A stretch of DNA of 64,000 bases, from contig CACYDW010000173.1 in NCBI GenBank assembly GCA_902773325.1, positions 11,315 through 75,314 of the forward strand, given 5' to 3'. This document shows, in pieces, positions 18,353 to 27,623 of this stretch (the first letter of the stretch is position 1; the number at the start of each line of letters is the position of its first letter). The notes under the pieces were generated by a model. The model searched no databases and was not told where the DNA came from. It worked only from the letters and a program-made list of their open reading frames with translations. The position numbers and the translations under genes were made by a program. The stretch comes from an uncultured Ruminococcus sp. (lineage in GTDB: Bacteria; Bacillota; Clostridia; Oscillospirales; Acutalibacteraceae).

Positions 18353-19759
18353 TCAGGCATCGCCGTAGGTATAGTTCAGATCATACAGGTCAAATGCAGC
18401 CTTAAAGAGCCTGTTGGTATCGTCATATTTGGTGTAGAGCGTATAGCTGTTCATGACCACGGCAATCATGGTATGATCGTTCATGGTGGCGGAAGCGATC
18501 ACACATGTGCCGGCTTCATCGGTAAATCCTGTCTTCATTCCATCACAGTACTCGGAGTATTGTCCGGAATCCCAGAGTATCAGACGATTGGAGTTATACC
18601 ATTCAAGTGTTTCACCGCTTTTCAGTTCCCATACAGCGTGAGCCTTTGCGCAGGATTTTTTGATCAGCGGAATCGACTTTGCGTAGGCAGCAAATTTTGC
18701 CAAATCCTCGGCTGATGTGTAATGATTGTCATCATGAAATCCGTCCGGAGCCGTAAAGTGAGTAGATTTTGCGCCAAGCTGCTGTGCGGCATCGTTCACC
18801 AGCTCCATAAATACCTTTACGGATTTTTTATTGGATAGCTTTGGATCGCCGGAATAGATCCTGCCGCAGGTTACTGCCATGGTATAAGCCGCATCGTTAC
18901 CGGAGGGCAGAAGAAGTGCGTCCATGAGTTGTTCAAAGGTCAGTACCATACCGGGCTCAAGACCTGCGGTGCTGGAGTCCTCACCGATCAGCTTCACTTC
19001 ATCGCCGACGGTGATCTCTGTTTTCGGGTCGGTGATAATTCTGCTTGCAACTACGGCAGTAAGGATTTTTGTCGTACTGGCCGGGTAGCATTTGTTAGTG
19101 CCCTTAGCGGAATAAATGATCTCATCTGCTGTCATATCATACAGCACGATATACTCTGATGACAATTCTTCCTGGAGCTGCAAAAGGGTTTCCGCAGGCA
19201 GCCGGTTTGTGTTGACCGTGAATGTTCTGCCGGTATCGTAGGAAGGCTTTTGCATGGGTTCTTCAGATGCTTCTTCAGAGGATTGATGGGAGTCACCTGT
19301 CAGTTCGGAAACATCACTGTTCAGATAAGGCAGTCCGGTCGTTTCGTTTGCCGCAGGCTCGGCAGAAGCCTCTTGTTCAGCTAAAGCTTCTCCGGCGGAT
19401 ATAGCGCAGTATATCCCGATAATGGATACAATGCTGAGCAGAATAACCAGAACAACAAGAACAGCAATAATCCGATTTTGTCTTTTGAGCTTTTTATGCT
19501 GTTCTGCAAGATATAGACTGCGTCGATTTACATACTGATAACTGCTGGGTTTGGGTGTTTCTGTTTGCTTCGGTAAATTTTTTCTGCGGACAGTTCGCAT
19601 TTCACTGTGTTTCCGCTGCTGTTCGTACTTGGATCTATTGATATTCTGATTACGTGCGTTATTCTGATAGTACTTTCCTGTATTGCTTTGCTTTTTATTT
19701 CCGGAATCGGAGTAGCTATCCTGCCCGTTTTTTCCGTTTGAGTATGCCATAGAACGCAT
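18353..19759 (-). CDS. DD-carboxypeptidase-family (S11) protein with a long low-complexity N-terminal tail and a TM anchor
   Basis: 'PASTTKILT' is SxxK, 'SGNDAA' is SxN, and 'KTGFT' is present. Residues 1 to about 95 are rich in N/Q/K/S/Y, and a TM helix 'IIAVLVVLVILLSIVSIIGIY' follows. Confidence 0.75.
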   Translation of the reverse strand: MRSMAYSNGKNGQDSYSDSGNKKQSNTGKYYQNNARNQNINRSKYEQQRKHSEMRTVRRKNLPKQTETPKPSSYQYVNRRSLYLAEQHKKLKRQNRIIAVLVVLVILLSIVSIIGIYCAISAGEALAEQEASAEPAANETTGLPYLNSDVSELTGDSHQSSEEASEEPMQKPSYDTGRTFTVNTNRLPAETLLQLQEELSSEYIVLYDMTADEIIYSAKGTNKCYPASTTKILTAVVASRIITDPKTEITVGDEVKLIGEDSSTAGLEPGMVLTFEQLMDALLLPSGNDAAYTMAVTCGRIYSGDPKLSNKKSVKVFMELVNDAAQQLGAKSTHFTAPDGFHDDNHYTSAEDLAKFAAYAKSIPLIKKSCAKAHAVWELKSGETLEWYNSNRLILWDSGQYSEYCDGMKTGFTDEAGTCVIASATMNDHTMIAVVMNSYTLYTKYDDTNRLFKAAFDLYDLNYTYGDA

Positions 19760-20118
19760 CCTTTCAAAGTAAGATTGATCATTTTTTGAATGGATTGAGC
19801 ATCAGAAAAAATGCCACACAATAAGAATTTACAATATCTTAGCAATAATGTCAAGTAAAATAAATGAATTTATAGCGAATTAAACAATTTTGATCTGTTT
19901 GGTTTTCGATGGTATGGGAACAATTTGTTGAATGATTATAATGTGTTTTCTCTGCATTAGCTCTTTTTTGAAATGCCTGATTATAAACGATAGAAATATG
20001 GATTTTGTTATCATAAAGACGCCATAAGAAATAATGAATCAATGAAATAATGAGAAAATATGAGCAATTAAGAGAAAAATAGAGGATCCTCCGTATGAGG
20101 GCATCAAAAAAGCTGCTG

Positions 20119-20141
20119 TTTGACTTTTATTGACTTTGACC
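20119..20141 (-). promoter_or_regulatory. CtsR operator (three GTCAA(A/T) heptads, minus-strand orientation) overlapping the -35
   Basis: The reverse complement is GGTCAAAGTCAATAAAAGTCAAA. It contains AGTCAAT-AAA-AGTCAAA, one mismatch from RGTCAAA-NAN-RGTCAAA, plus a third heptad. Confidence 0.65.
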
Positions 20142-20164
20142 TTTCCTGACTTTAGGAATACAAT
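20136..20164 (+). promoter_or_regulatory. SigA-type promoter of the ctsR operon
   Basis: TTGACC, then 17 nt, then TACAAT. It is sandwiched between the two CtsR operator copies. Confidence 0.55.
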
Positions 20165-20174
20165 ATAATTGCAA

Positions 20175-20191
20175 GGTCAAAGAAAGTCAAA
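20175..20191 (+). promoter_or_regulatory. CtsR operator (canonical direct heptad repeat)
   Basis: GGTCAAA-GAA-AGTCAAA matches the consensus RGTCAAA-NAN-RGTCAAA exactly. It lies just downstream of the -10 element. Confidence 0.8.
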
Positions 20192-20218
20192 GTACTCCTT
20201 TCAGAGGAAGTGATAACC

Positions 20219-20686
20219 ATGAAGATGAGCGATATTGTAGCAGAATACATCTCCCGTATGCTGGACGAGAGCAACGGCAACGCGGAAATACAGCGTAATG
20301 AGCTGGCTAATCTTTTGGGGTGTGTGCCGAGTCAGATCAATTATGTCATTACATCGCGCTTTACGCCTGAGCATGGGTATATTGTTGAAAGCAGGCGCGG
20401 CGGCGGCGGATATATCAGGATCACCCGCGTAACGGTTGACCGCAGAGTTGCTGTGATGCATGTTGTTAATTCTTTAGGCAATTCCGTTTCCGCGCTTTCA
20501 GCCAATACGATTCTTTCCAATATGGCGGCGCAGAATATGATATCGGAGTATGATAAGCTGCTCATACTCTCCGCTCTGTCCGATAAGGCTTATACAGCCG
20601 TTCCGCAGGAGGTGCGCGATACGCTCCGGGCATCTGTGATGAAAAATATGCTCATTACGCTTGTTATGTATAATACTGATATCTGA
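20219..20686 (+). CDS. ctsR: Class III stress-gene repressor CtsR
   Basis: 'SDIVAEYISRML...IQRNELANLLGCVPSQINYVITSRFTPEHGYIVESRRGGGGYIRI' includes the glycine-rich loop. Confidence 0.9.
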   Translation: MKMSDIVAEYISRMLDESNGNAEIQRNELANLLGCVPSQINYVITSRFTPEHGYIVESRRGGGGYIRITRVTVDRRVAVMHVVNSLGNSVSALSANTILSNMAAQNMISEYDKLLILSALSDKAYTAVPQEVRDTLRASVMKNMLITLVMYNTDI

Positions 20687-20718
20687 TAAAATCATAATAG
20701 TAAACGGAGGTAATCATT

Positions 20719-21228
20719 ATGTTATGTCAATCATGTGAGAAAAAGCAGGCGACTACACACATTAAGACCATCGTTAACGGTGAGCTGAAAGAATACAATC
20801 TTTGCAGCGAATGCGCTCAAAAGCTTGGATACGGTTCATTTTTCGGAAGCTTCGGCTTTGACCTTGACAAACTTTTTGGCAGCTTTATGGAAGGAAAAAG
20901 CGGTACCGGAGGAAAAAAGCGGTGTCAGTGCTGCGGCAGCAGCTTTGAGGATATTGCGAAATCCGGAAAAATCGGCTGTGCCGAATGCTATGAGGTGTTC
21001 CGCGATGAGCTGATGCCGTCCGTTCAGAGAATACACGGGCGAACCAACCATACAGGCAAGCTTGCCCATGCGGCAGGCACAGAGGTGAAAATCAAGAATG
21101 AAATCGCCAAGTGCCGTTATGAGCTTGAAAAAGCGATCAAAGCACAGGAGTTTGAAAAAGCTGCCGAGCTGAGAGACCGTATCAGAGAGCTTGAACAGGC
21201 AAACGCTGCCAATAAAGGGGAGGAGTGA
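20719..21228 (+). CDS. mcsA: Protein-arginine kinase activator McsA (zinc-finger plus UVR motif)
   Basis: CxxC pairs are present ('CQSCEKK..CSEC', 'CQCCGSS..CAECY'). The C-terminal UVR motif is 'EFEKAAELRDRIRELE'. Confidence 0.85.
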   Translation: MLCQSCEKKQATTHIKTIVNGELKEYNLCSECAQKLGYGSFFGSFGFDLDKLFGSFMEGKSGTGGKKRCQCCGSSFEDIAKSGKIGCAECYEVFRDELMPSVQRIHGRTNHTGKLAHAAGTEVKIKNEIAKCRYELEKAIKAQEFEKAAELRDRIRELEQANAANKGEE

Positions 21229-21233
21229 TTGTT

Positions 21234-22289
21234 ATGTCAGAGAATAAATATGAAAACCTGAAAGACGTCAGTGATGTTGTGATCAGTACCAGAATACGTT
21301 TTGCGAGAAACCTGCGGGAATATCCTTTTCCGTGCCGACTGAATGACGAGGGAAGGCGAAAGGTCGCTTCCATCGTGAAGGAAGCAGTTCTGGACGGACA
21401 CTCTGCGATTTCCGGTCGATTCAGATACATTCAGATGTCCGAGCTGACGCAGGAGGAAGCGGTATCACTGGTGGAGCGACATCTTGTCAGTCCCGAATTC
21501 ATCTCCAACAGACAAGGCAGAGGCTTGCTGCTGCTGGATGACGAATCTGTCAGCATCATGATCAATGAGGAAGATCACGTGCGGATACAGGTCATCAGCG
21601 CAGGCATGAAGCTTGATGAAGCTTACGACCTTGCGGATAAGATCGACACGCTTCTTGATGAGCAATTGAATTTTGCGTTCGATGACACACTCGGATATCT
21701 TACACAGTGTCCTACCAATATCGGTACCGGAATGAGGGCATCGCTGATGCTGCACCTGCCGGCACTTCTGCAAAGCGGAGCGATGGGAAGGATCGCCGCC
21801 TCTCTCTCAAAGTTAGGATTGGTGATCAGAGGACAATATGGTGAGGGTACAGATTCAAGAGGTGCGATCTATCAGCTTTCCAATCAGGTCACACTGGGAA
21901 TCTCCGAGCAGGAGGCGGTGAAGAACCTCAGGGATATTGCCCATCAGCTCATTGTGCAGGAAAGGAACGCGCGTGAAAGTATTGCTGAAAATATCACCAT
22001 ACAGGATAAGGTTTATCGCTCCTACGGTGTGCTGCAATATGCGAAGCTGATCAGCAACGATGAGTGCATGGAGCATCTGTCCAACCTGCGCTTTGGCATA
22101 GAGGCGGGGTATTTCAAGGATATCGAGTTCAGCACCGTTAATAGGCTGATGATGGAGATACAGCCCGCAACACTGATGAAAAATATCGGTAAAAAGCTCT
22201 CACCTGCCGAGCGTGATCGCATCAGGGCAGAGCTTGTTAAAACTGCTCTCAGCCAGAAAACCGTACCCGCCAACCGCCGCCTTGAATAA
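21234..22289 (+). CDS. mcsB: Protein-arginine kinase McsB (ATP:guanido phosphotransferase)
   Basis: 'ISTRIRFARNLREYPFP', 'NEEDHVRIQ' and 'CPTNIGTGMRAS' are present. The ATG at 21234 follows a GGGGAGGAG RBS. Confidence 0.9.
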   Translation: MSENKYENLKDVSDVVISTRIRFARNLREYPFPCRLNDEGRRKVASIVKEAVLDGHSAISGRFRYIQMSELTQEEAVSLVERHLVSPEFISNRQGRGLLLLDDESVSIMINEEDHVRIQVISAGMKLDEAYDLADKIDTLLDEQLNFAFDDTLGYLTQCPTNIGTGMRASLMLHLPALLQSGAMGRIAASLSKLGLVIRGQYGEGTDSRGAIYQLSNQVTLGISEQEAVKNLRDIAHQLIVQERNARESIAENITIQDKVYRSYGVLQYAKLISNDECMEHLSNLRFGIEAGYFKDIEFSTVNRLMMEIQPATLMKNIGKKLSPAERDRIRAELVKTALSQKTVPANRRLE

Positions 22290-22346
22290 CGGTTGACAGG
22301 TACATCACAGCCATTCAGAATGATCTGCAACAGAGGAGGTTATAAT

Positions 22347-24872
22347 ATGTATAAATTCAACGGATTTACAGGAAAAGCAAACAATGCGATCAATCTTGCC
22401 ATTACAAGCGCGCAGGAGTTCGGGCATACCTACGTGGGCAGTGAGCATATCCTGCTTGGCCTGCTTAAAAGCGGCGACGGTGTTGCTTATACCGTACTCA
22501 GTCAATGTGGTGCAACTGCCGAAGCGGCAGAAGAGCTGATCAGAACCGAGATCGGAACGGGCGACAGAACAAGACTGACTCCCGAGGATTTTACCCCCAG
22601 AACCAAACGGATACTCCAGACCGCGATCATGCAGGCTGCCAATATCGGACACAACTATGTCGGGACGGAGCATATCCTTATTGCTCTGCTTGCAGACGGC
22701 AGCAGCTACGCAGTACGCTTTCTCAGCGCTATGAATGTACGTCCGGACGATCTGGTAAAACAACTCAATGAGGCACTCGGCGGAAGTGATGATTTTATCG
22801 GCGGAGAAGATACACATGAGCATCATCAGACAAAAACGGACGGTAAAACACAAACACTTGATAAATTCGGACGCGATCTCACCGCCGCTGCTTCCAAAGG
22901 CGAAATCGACCCTGTTATCGGCAGACAAAGCGAGATAGAAAGAGTTATTCAGATCCTTTCCCGCAGAACCAAAAACAATCCCTGTCTGATCGGTGAACCC
23001 GGTGTTGGTAAAACTGCCGTTGCCGAAGGTCTTGCGCTTAAAATCGTATCAGGCGATGTTCCTGAACCCCTCAGGAATAAACGCATTATCTCCCTTGACC
23101 TCACAAGCATGATTGCCGGAACAAAATACAGGGGTGACTTTGAGGACAGGATCAGCAGTGCTATTGACGAGGTGAAAAAGTCGGGCAATATCATTCTGTT
23201 CATTGACGAATTGCACACAATTATCGGTGCCGGTTCGGCAGAGGGTTCTGCCGATACAGCCAATATTCTCAAGCCGTCATTGGCAAGAGGTGATTTTCAG
23301 GTCATCGGTGCGACAACTATCAACGAATACCGCAAGTATATCGAAAAGGATTCCGCACTTGAAAGACGTTTCCAGCCTGTGACGGTGGGAGAACCGACAG
23401 AGGACGAAGCGGTACAGATCCTCAAAGGGCTTCGTGACAGATATGAGGCTCATCATAAAGTCAGGATCAGTGATGAGGCGGTCAACGCGGCTGTCAAGCT
23501 TTCATCAAGATATATCGCAGACCGTTTTCTGCCGGACAAAGCAATCGATCTGGTCGATGAAGCTGCTTCACGCGTAAGACTTCGTGCCTACACCGCTCCT
23601 GACGATCTGATAGAAATCGAAAACCGTCTGAAAGCTCTTGAGCAGGAAAAGGCGGAGGCTGTCAATACACAGGATTTTGAGCGTGCTGCGAAGCTGCGTG
23701 ATGAACAGAAAAAAGTAACAGAGGAACTGAATCATAAGAAAAAAGTCTGGGAAGAAAAGAACGAGCATAAAGAAGGAGAGGTTACTGCCGAGGATATTGC
23801 TGCGATCGTATCCGGTTGGACGGGAATTCCTGTTGTACAGCTTACCCAGCAGGAAAGCGAACGTCTTTTGAAGCTGGAGGAAGTTCTCCACGAAAGAATC
23901 GTGGGTCAGGACGAGGCGGTTTCTGCGGTAGCAAGAGCCATCCGCCGCGGCAGAGTAGGATTGAAGGACCCCAACCGACCTGTAGGCTCCTTCATCTTCT
24001 TAGGTCCCACCGGTGTAGGCAAAACCGAGCTTTGCAAGGCATTGGCACAGGCAATGTTCGGTGATGAAAATGCGATGATACGATTTGATATGTCTGAATT
24101 CATGGAAAAGCATACCGTATCGAAGCTGATCGGTTCACCTCCGGGATATGTCGGATTTGATGAAGGCGGACAGCTCACCGAGCGTGTGCGCCGCCGTCCG
24201 TATTCAGTATTGCTTTTTGATGAGATCGAAAAAGCGCATCCCGATGTTTTCAATATGCTTTTGCAGATTCTTGATGACGGCAGACTGACCGATTCACAGG
24301 GCAGGCACGTTAATTTCAGAAACACAGTCATCATTATGACCTCCAACATCGGTGCCAGATTGATTACCGAAAAACAAAGCAATCTCGGATTTCATAGTGG
24401 CGATGAATCAGGCGGATCTGACAATGAAAGAATCAGACAAGCGGTACTTTCCGAACTGAAAACAGTATTCAAGCCGGAGTTCCTTAACAGAATTGACGAT
24501 ACCATTGTGTTCAATAAACTGACAAGCGGGGATATCCGCAAAATTGCCGAACGGCTTCTTGCAGGACTTAACGGCAGACTGTTGGAAATCGGTATTACGG
24601 CACGGTTCAGTGATGAGGCGGTTTCCGCTATTGCAGATGCAGGCTTTGATGAGTTGTATGGTGCAAGACCGCTGAAACGTGCTATTCAGTCAAAAATCGA
24701 GGACGCTGTTTCGGAAAAGATCCTCGATGGTTCTGTCAAAAGCGGTGATACAGTCCAATGTGATTTCAGTGACGGAAGGTTTACCTTTACGGTCACCGAA
24801 AACGTTCCCGCCGATGCAGGGCAGCTTTCATACAGTGAACAGGACGACAGCGATACGGAGGAACAGACATGA
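22347..24872 (+). CDS. clpC: ATP-dependent Clp protease ATP-binding subunit ClpC
   Basis: It has Clp_N repeats and two Walker A motifs ('GEPGVGKTA' and 'GPTGVGKTE'). The UVR linker is '[12 protein letters not shown]'. The start at 22347 follows a GAGGAGG RBS. Confidence 0.92.
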   Translation: MYKFNGFTGKANNAINLAITSAQEFGHTYVGSEHILLGLLKSGDGVAYTVLSQCGATAEAAEELIRTEIGTGDRTRLTPEDFTPRTKRILQTAIMQAANIGHNYVGTEHILIALLADGSSYAVRFLSAMNVRPDDLVKQLNEALGGSDDFIGGEDTHEHHQTKTDGKTQTLDKFGRDLTAAASKGEIDPVIGRQSEIERVIQILSRRTKNNPCLIGEPGVGKTAVAEGLALKIVSGDVPEPLRNKRIISLDLTSMIAGTKYRGDFEDRISSAIDEVKKSGNIILFIDELHTIIGAGSAEGSADTANILKPSLARGDFQVIGATTINEYRKYIEKDSALERRFQPVTVGEPTEDEAVQILKGLRDRYEAHHKVRISDEAVNAAVKLSSRYIADRFLPDKAIDLVDEAASRVRLRAYTAPDDLIEIENRLKALEQEKAEAVNTQDFERAAKLRDEQKKVTEELNHKKKVWEEKNEHKEGEVTAEDIAAIVSGWTGIPVVQLTQQESERLLKLEEVLHERIVGQDEAVSAVARAIRRGRVGLKDPNRPVGSFIFLGPTGVGKTELCKALAQAMFGDENAMIRFDMSEFMEKHTVSKLIGSPPGYVGFDEGGQLTERVRRRPYSVLLFDEIEKAHPDVFNMLLQILDDGRLTDSQGRHVNFRNTVIIMTSNIGARLITEKQSNLGFHSGDESGGSDNERIRQAVLSELKTVFKPEFLNRIDDTIVFNKLTSGDIRKIAERLLAGLNGRLLEIGITARFSDEAVSAIADAGFDELYGARPLKRAIQSKIEDAVSEKILDGSVKSGDTVQCDFSDGRFTFTVTENVPADAGQLSYSEQDDSDTEEQT

Positions 24873-25345
24873 AAATAAGGGTAGGACACGGTTACGATGT
24901 ACATCGTTTTGCAGAAAACCGCAGGCTGATACTTGGCGGTGTTGAAATTCCATACGAAAAGGGCTTACTCGGACATTCCGATGCGGATGTGCTGGTTCAT
25001 GCTGTTATGGATGCACTACTCGGTGCTGCCGCCCTCGGCGATATCGGAACACATTTTCCCGACACAGACGAACGATATCGCGGTGCAGACAGCATAGAGC
25101 TTCTCAAAGAGGTCTGCCGCCTGCTACAGCAGAACGGCTATACTGTTTCCAATATTGATGTTACCGTTATTGCCCAGCAGCCGAAGCTCAAACCGTATAT
25201 TGAAGCCATGCGTTCTGTTGTTGCGGTAGCGGCAGGACTGGATACAGACGAGGTCAGCATTAAGGCGACCACCGAAGAAAAGCTGGGATTTACCGGCAGA
25301 CTGGAGGGAATATCGGCACACGCCGTAGCCCTTATCACAAAATAA
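24869..25345 (+). CDS. ispF: 2-C-methyl-D-erythritol 2,4-cyclodiphosphate synthase
   Basis: '[11 protein letters not shown]', '[11 protein letters not shown]' and 'IGTHFPDTD' are present. It overlaps the clpC stop by 4 nt (ATGA). Confidence 0.92.
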   Translation: MKIRVGHGYDVHRFAENRRLILGGVEIPYEKGLLGHSDADVLVHAVMDALLGAAALGDIGTHFPDTDERYRGADSIELLKEVCRLLQQNGYTVSNIDVTVIAQQPKLKPYIEAMRSVVAVAAGLDTDEVSIKATTEEKLGFTGRLEGISAHAVALITK

Positions 25346-25354
25346 CGACCTGAC

Positions 25355-25407
25355 GATGCTCCGGACTATTCTGCACAGGGTGCAGTAATGCTCCGGAGCA
25401 TCTTTTT
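25355..25407 (+). terminator. Terminator after ispF
   Basis: gatgctccgga / tccggagcatc is an 11-bp perfect stem. An inner ctgcac/gtgcag stem sits within it, and TTTTT follows. Confidence 0.65.
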
Positions 25408-25441
25408 GGCATCTTTTTTTGCAGCAACGTTCAAATAATAA

Positions 25442-25470
25442 TTGACAAAATGCCCGAGAATCATTATACT
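25442..25470 (+). promoter_or_regulatory. SigA-type promoter for the tyrS leader
   Basis: TTGACA, then 17 nt, then TATACT. Confidence 0.7.
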
Positions 25471-25477
25471 TAGAATA

Positions 25478-25739
25478 ATAGCTGTGAAAAGAAGAAGTAT
25501 GTCGGGAAACAAGGTGCAGAGAGAATATGGCGGGTGAAAATATTCCCTTGTGCCGACAGAAATACATCTTGGAGCTGTCAGTCTGAGAAACGATGATTAG
25601 GTCTGACCGTTTCGCCCGCGTTATGGGGCTTAGGGTGCATAGTAACCCGTGAGGCCGGTGTTGAGAGATATCGGTAAATTGAGGTGGTACCACGGTATTT
25701 TATCGTCCTCTGTTTAAGCAGGGGACATTTTGTTTTTTG
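25478..25739 (+). promoter_or_regulatory. T-box leader (tRNA-Tyr-sensing transcription attenuator)
   Basis: The Stem I region has an AGAGA motif. The specifier loop is 'AGAAAUACA', with the UAC (Tyr) codon at 25563-25565 followed by a purine. The T-box sequence is 'AAUUGAGGUGGUACCACGG' at about 25677-25695. The terminator GUCCUCUG/CAGGGGAC (25705-25726) is followed by AUUUUGUUUUUU. Confidence 0.85.
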
Positions 25740-25842
25740 TCCCCCATTATGGACTGATACGATCAGTATGAAGAAAGGACAGAAACGTATGAAGGATTTT
25801 GAAGCACTGAACCAATTTATGCCCGATGGTGAGCCTGAAAAA

Positions 25843-27090
25843 ATGAGCGTTTCACAAGAACTGGAACGCAGAGGGCTGATCGCACAGATGACAGACGAAA
25901 AGGAAATCAAAGAATTGATCGACTCTGGAAAAGCAGTTTTTTATATCGGCTTTGACCCTACAGCAGACAGCCTCCATGTTGGACACTTTATGGCTCTCTG
26001 TCTGATGAAAAGACTCCAGATGGCAGGCAATAAGCCGATCGCACTGCTGGGCGGCGGCACAGGCATGGTGGGCGACCCGTCCGGCAAAACCGATATGCGT
26101 AAGATGCTGACAAAAGAAGATATCGACCATAATATTGAATGCTTCAAGCATCAGATGAGCCGTTTCATTGATTTTACCGATGGCAAAGCACTTATGGTCA
26201 ATAATGCCGATTGGCTTCTGAAGCTGAATTATGTGGAATTGCTCAGAGAAGTCGGCGCGTGCTTCAGCGTGAACAGAATGCTCACCGCAGAATGCTACAA
26301 GCAGCGTATGGAGCGCGGACTCAGCTTTCTGGAGTTCAACTACATGATCATGCAAAGCTATGATTTCTACCGTTTGTTTACGGAGTACGGCTGTAATCTC
26401 CAGTTTGGCGGTGACGACCAGTGGAGCAATATGCTCGGCGGTACGGAACTGGTCAGAAGAAAGCTCGGCAAGGATGCCTATGCCATGACGATCAATCTGC
26501 TGCTCAACTCCGAGGGCAAAAAAATGGGTAAAACCGAAAAGGGCGCTGTATGGCTCGATCCGGAGAAAACATCTCCGTTTGATTTCTTCCAGTACTGGAG
26601 AAATGTGCCCGACAGTGATGTGATCAAGTGCCTTAAAATGCTGACATTTGTTCCGATCGGATTCATCGATGGTATTGAAAAAGCATTTTCACTCGGTCAG
26701 CTTACTGACGCACAGATCAATACCACAAAAGAGCTTCTTGCCTTTGAGCTTACCAAGCTGGTTCACGGCGAAGACGAAGCACAGAAGGCTCTCAGCAGTG
26801 CAAGAGCATTGTTCTCAGGAAAAGCGGATATTGATAGTATGCCTTTTTCGGAGCTTGATGCGGAGGTATTTACTGACGGGAAAATCGGTTTACTTGACCT
26901 GCTTGCTGTTACCAAGCTTGCTCCTTCCAAGTCGGAGGCAAGACGTCTTGTGCAGCAGGGCGGTATCGCGGTAGACGATGAAAAAATCACCGATGCGAAA
27001 GCAGAGATTTCCATCGACAGCTTTTCAAAGGGCTATGTTGTCATCAAAAAAGGAAAAAAAGTATTTCATAAGGCTGTTTTGAAAAAATGA
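25843..27090 (+). CDS. tyrS: Tyrosine--tRNA ligase
   Basis: 'FDPTADSLHVGHF' is the HIGH motif and 'KMGKTE' is KMSKS. A C-terminal S4 domain is present. The start at 25843 gives the N-terminal length usual for TyrS; 25789 is also possible. The listed start at 25684 lies inside the T-box terminator. Confidence 0.9.
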   Translation: MSVSQELERRGLIAQMTDEKEIKELIDSGKAVFYIGFDPTADSLHVGHFMALCLMKRLQMAGNKPIALLGGGTGMVGDPSGKTDMRKMLTKEDIDHNIECFKHQMSRFIDFTDGKALMVNNADWLLKLNYVELLREVGACFSVNRMLTAECYKQRMERGLSFLEFNYMIMQSYDFYRLFTEYGCNLQFGGDDQWSNMLGGTELVRRKLGKDAYAMTINLLLNSEGKKMGKTEKGAVWLDPEKTSPFDFFQYWRNVPDSDVIKCLKMLTFVPIGFIDGIEKAFSLGQLTDAQINTTKELLAFELTKLVHGEDEAQKALSSARALFSGKADIDSMPFSELDAEVFTDGKIGLLDLLAVTKLAPSKSEARRLVQQGGIAVDDEKITDAKAEISIDSFSKGYVVIKKGKKVFHKAVLKK

Positions 27091-27111
27091 TCTAATGAAG
27101 GAATTGATAAT

Positions 27112-27579
27112 ATGAGCCATTCAGACAACAAAAAGCTGACAAGACGTGAAGAAAGACAGCAGGCACTGGATTTTCTTTTTGAACGCCTTTTCAGAGATGA
27201 TACTGTGTCGGATCAATATGCCGATGCAGCGGATGCCCGTGATGTTGCCGCAGGAAAATATGCCGGACAGTTGATCAACGGTGTGGGAGAGCATCTGACA
27301 GAGATAGATGGAATTATTTCCGATAATCTCAAGGGCTGGAAGCTCAACAGAATATCCAGAGTAGCTTTGGTGCTTCTGAGAATTGCTGTATATGAAATCA
27401 GGTACGTTGATAATGTGCCCGACGGAGCAGCGATCAATGAGGCAGTAGAGCTTGCAAAGATCTATTCTACCGCTGAGGACGCATCCTTCATCAATGGTGT
27501 GCTCGGAGCAGTGGTGAGAACAGCACCTGCTGCCGATGCAGCTCCTGCTCCTGATGAATCCGGCAGTACCAATATGTGA
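27112..27579 (+). CDS. nusB: Transcription antitermination factor NusB
   Basis: 'RISRVALVLLRIAVYEIRYVDNVPDGAAINEAVELAKIY...SFINGVLGAV' is present. Confidence 0.85.
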   Translation: MSHSDNKKLTRREERQQALDFLFERLFRDDTVSDQYADAADARDVAAGKYAGQLINGVGEHLTEIDGIISDNLKGWKLNRISRVALVLLRIAVYEIRYVDNVPDGAAINEAVELAKIYSTAEDASFINGVLGAVVRTAPAADAAPAPDESGSTNM

Positions 27580-27623
27580 GTGCTTTCTCTGTTTATTTTT
27601 ATCCATGCGGGAGGACTGTATTC

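Noticed and set aside
19760-20118. A 360-bp AT-rich gap, including the 63-aa ORF 19851..20042
   Set aside because: The ORF has no RBS and an odd composition. No tRNA-like or known sRNA features were seen. The gap most likely holds only the promoter region of the minus-strand carboxypeptidase gene.
22293-22346. Upstream starts listed for clpC (22293), and likewise for the Kae1-like gene (27576), hprK (50916), ntpF (44923) and the recombinase (58960)
   Set aside because: In each case an internal start codon has a proper Shine-Dalgarno sequence and reproduces the N-terminus conserved in the family. The longer versions start at weak or non-ATG codons without an RBS.
25684-25842. N-terminal extension of tyrS in the listed ORF
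   Set aside because: The extension runs through the T-box sequence and the terminator hairpin. TyrS homology begins near 'MSVSQELERRGLI'.
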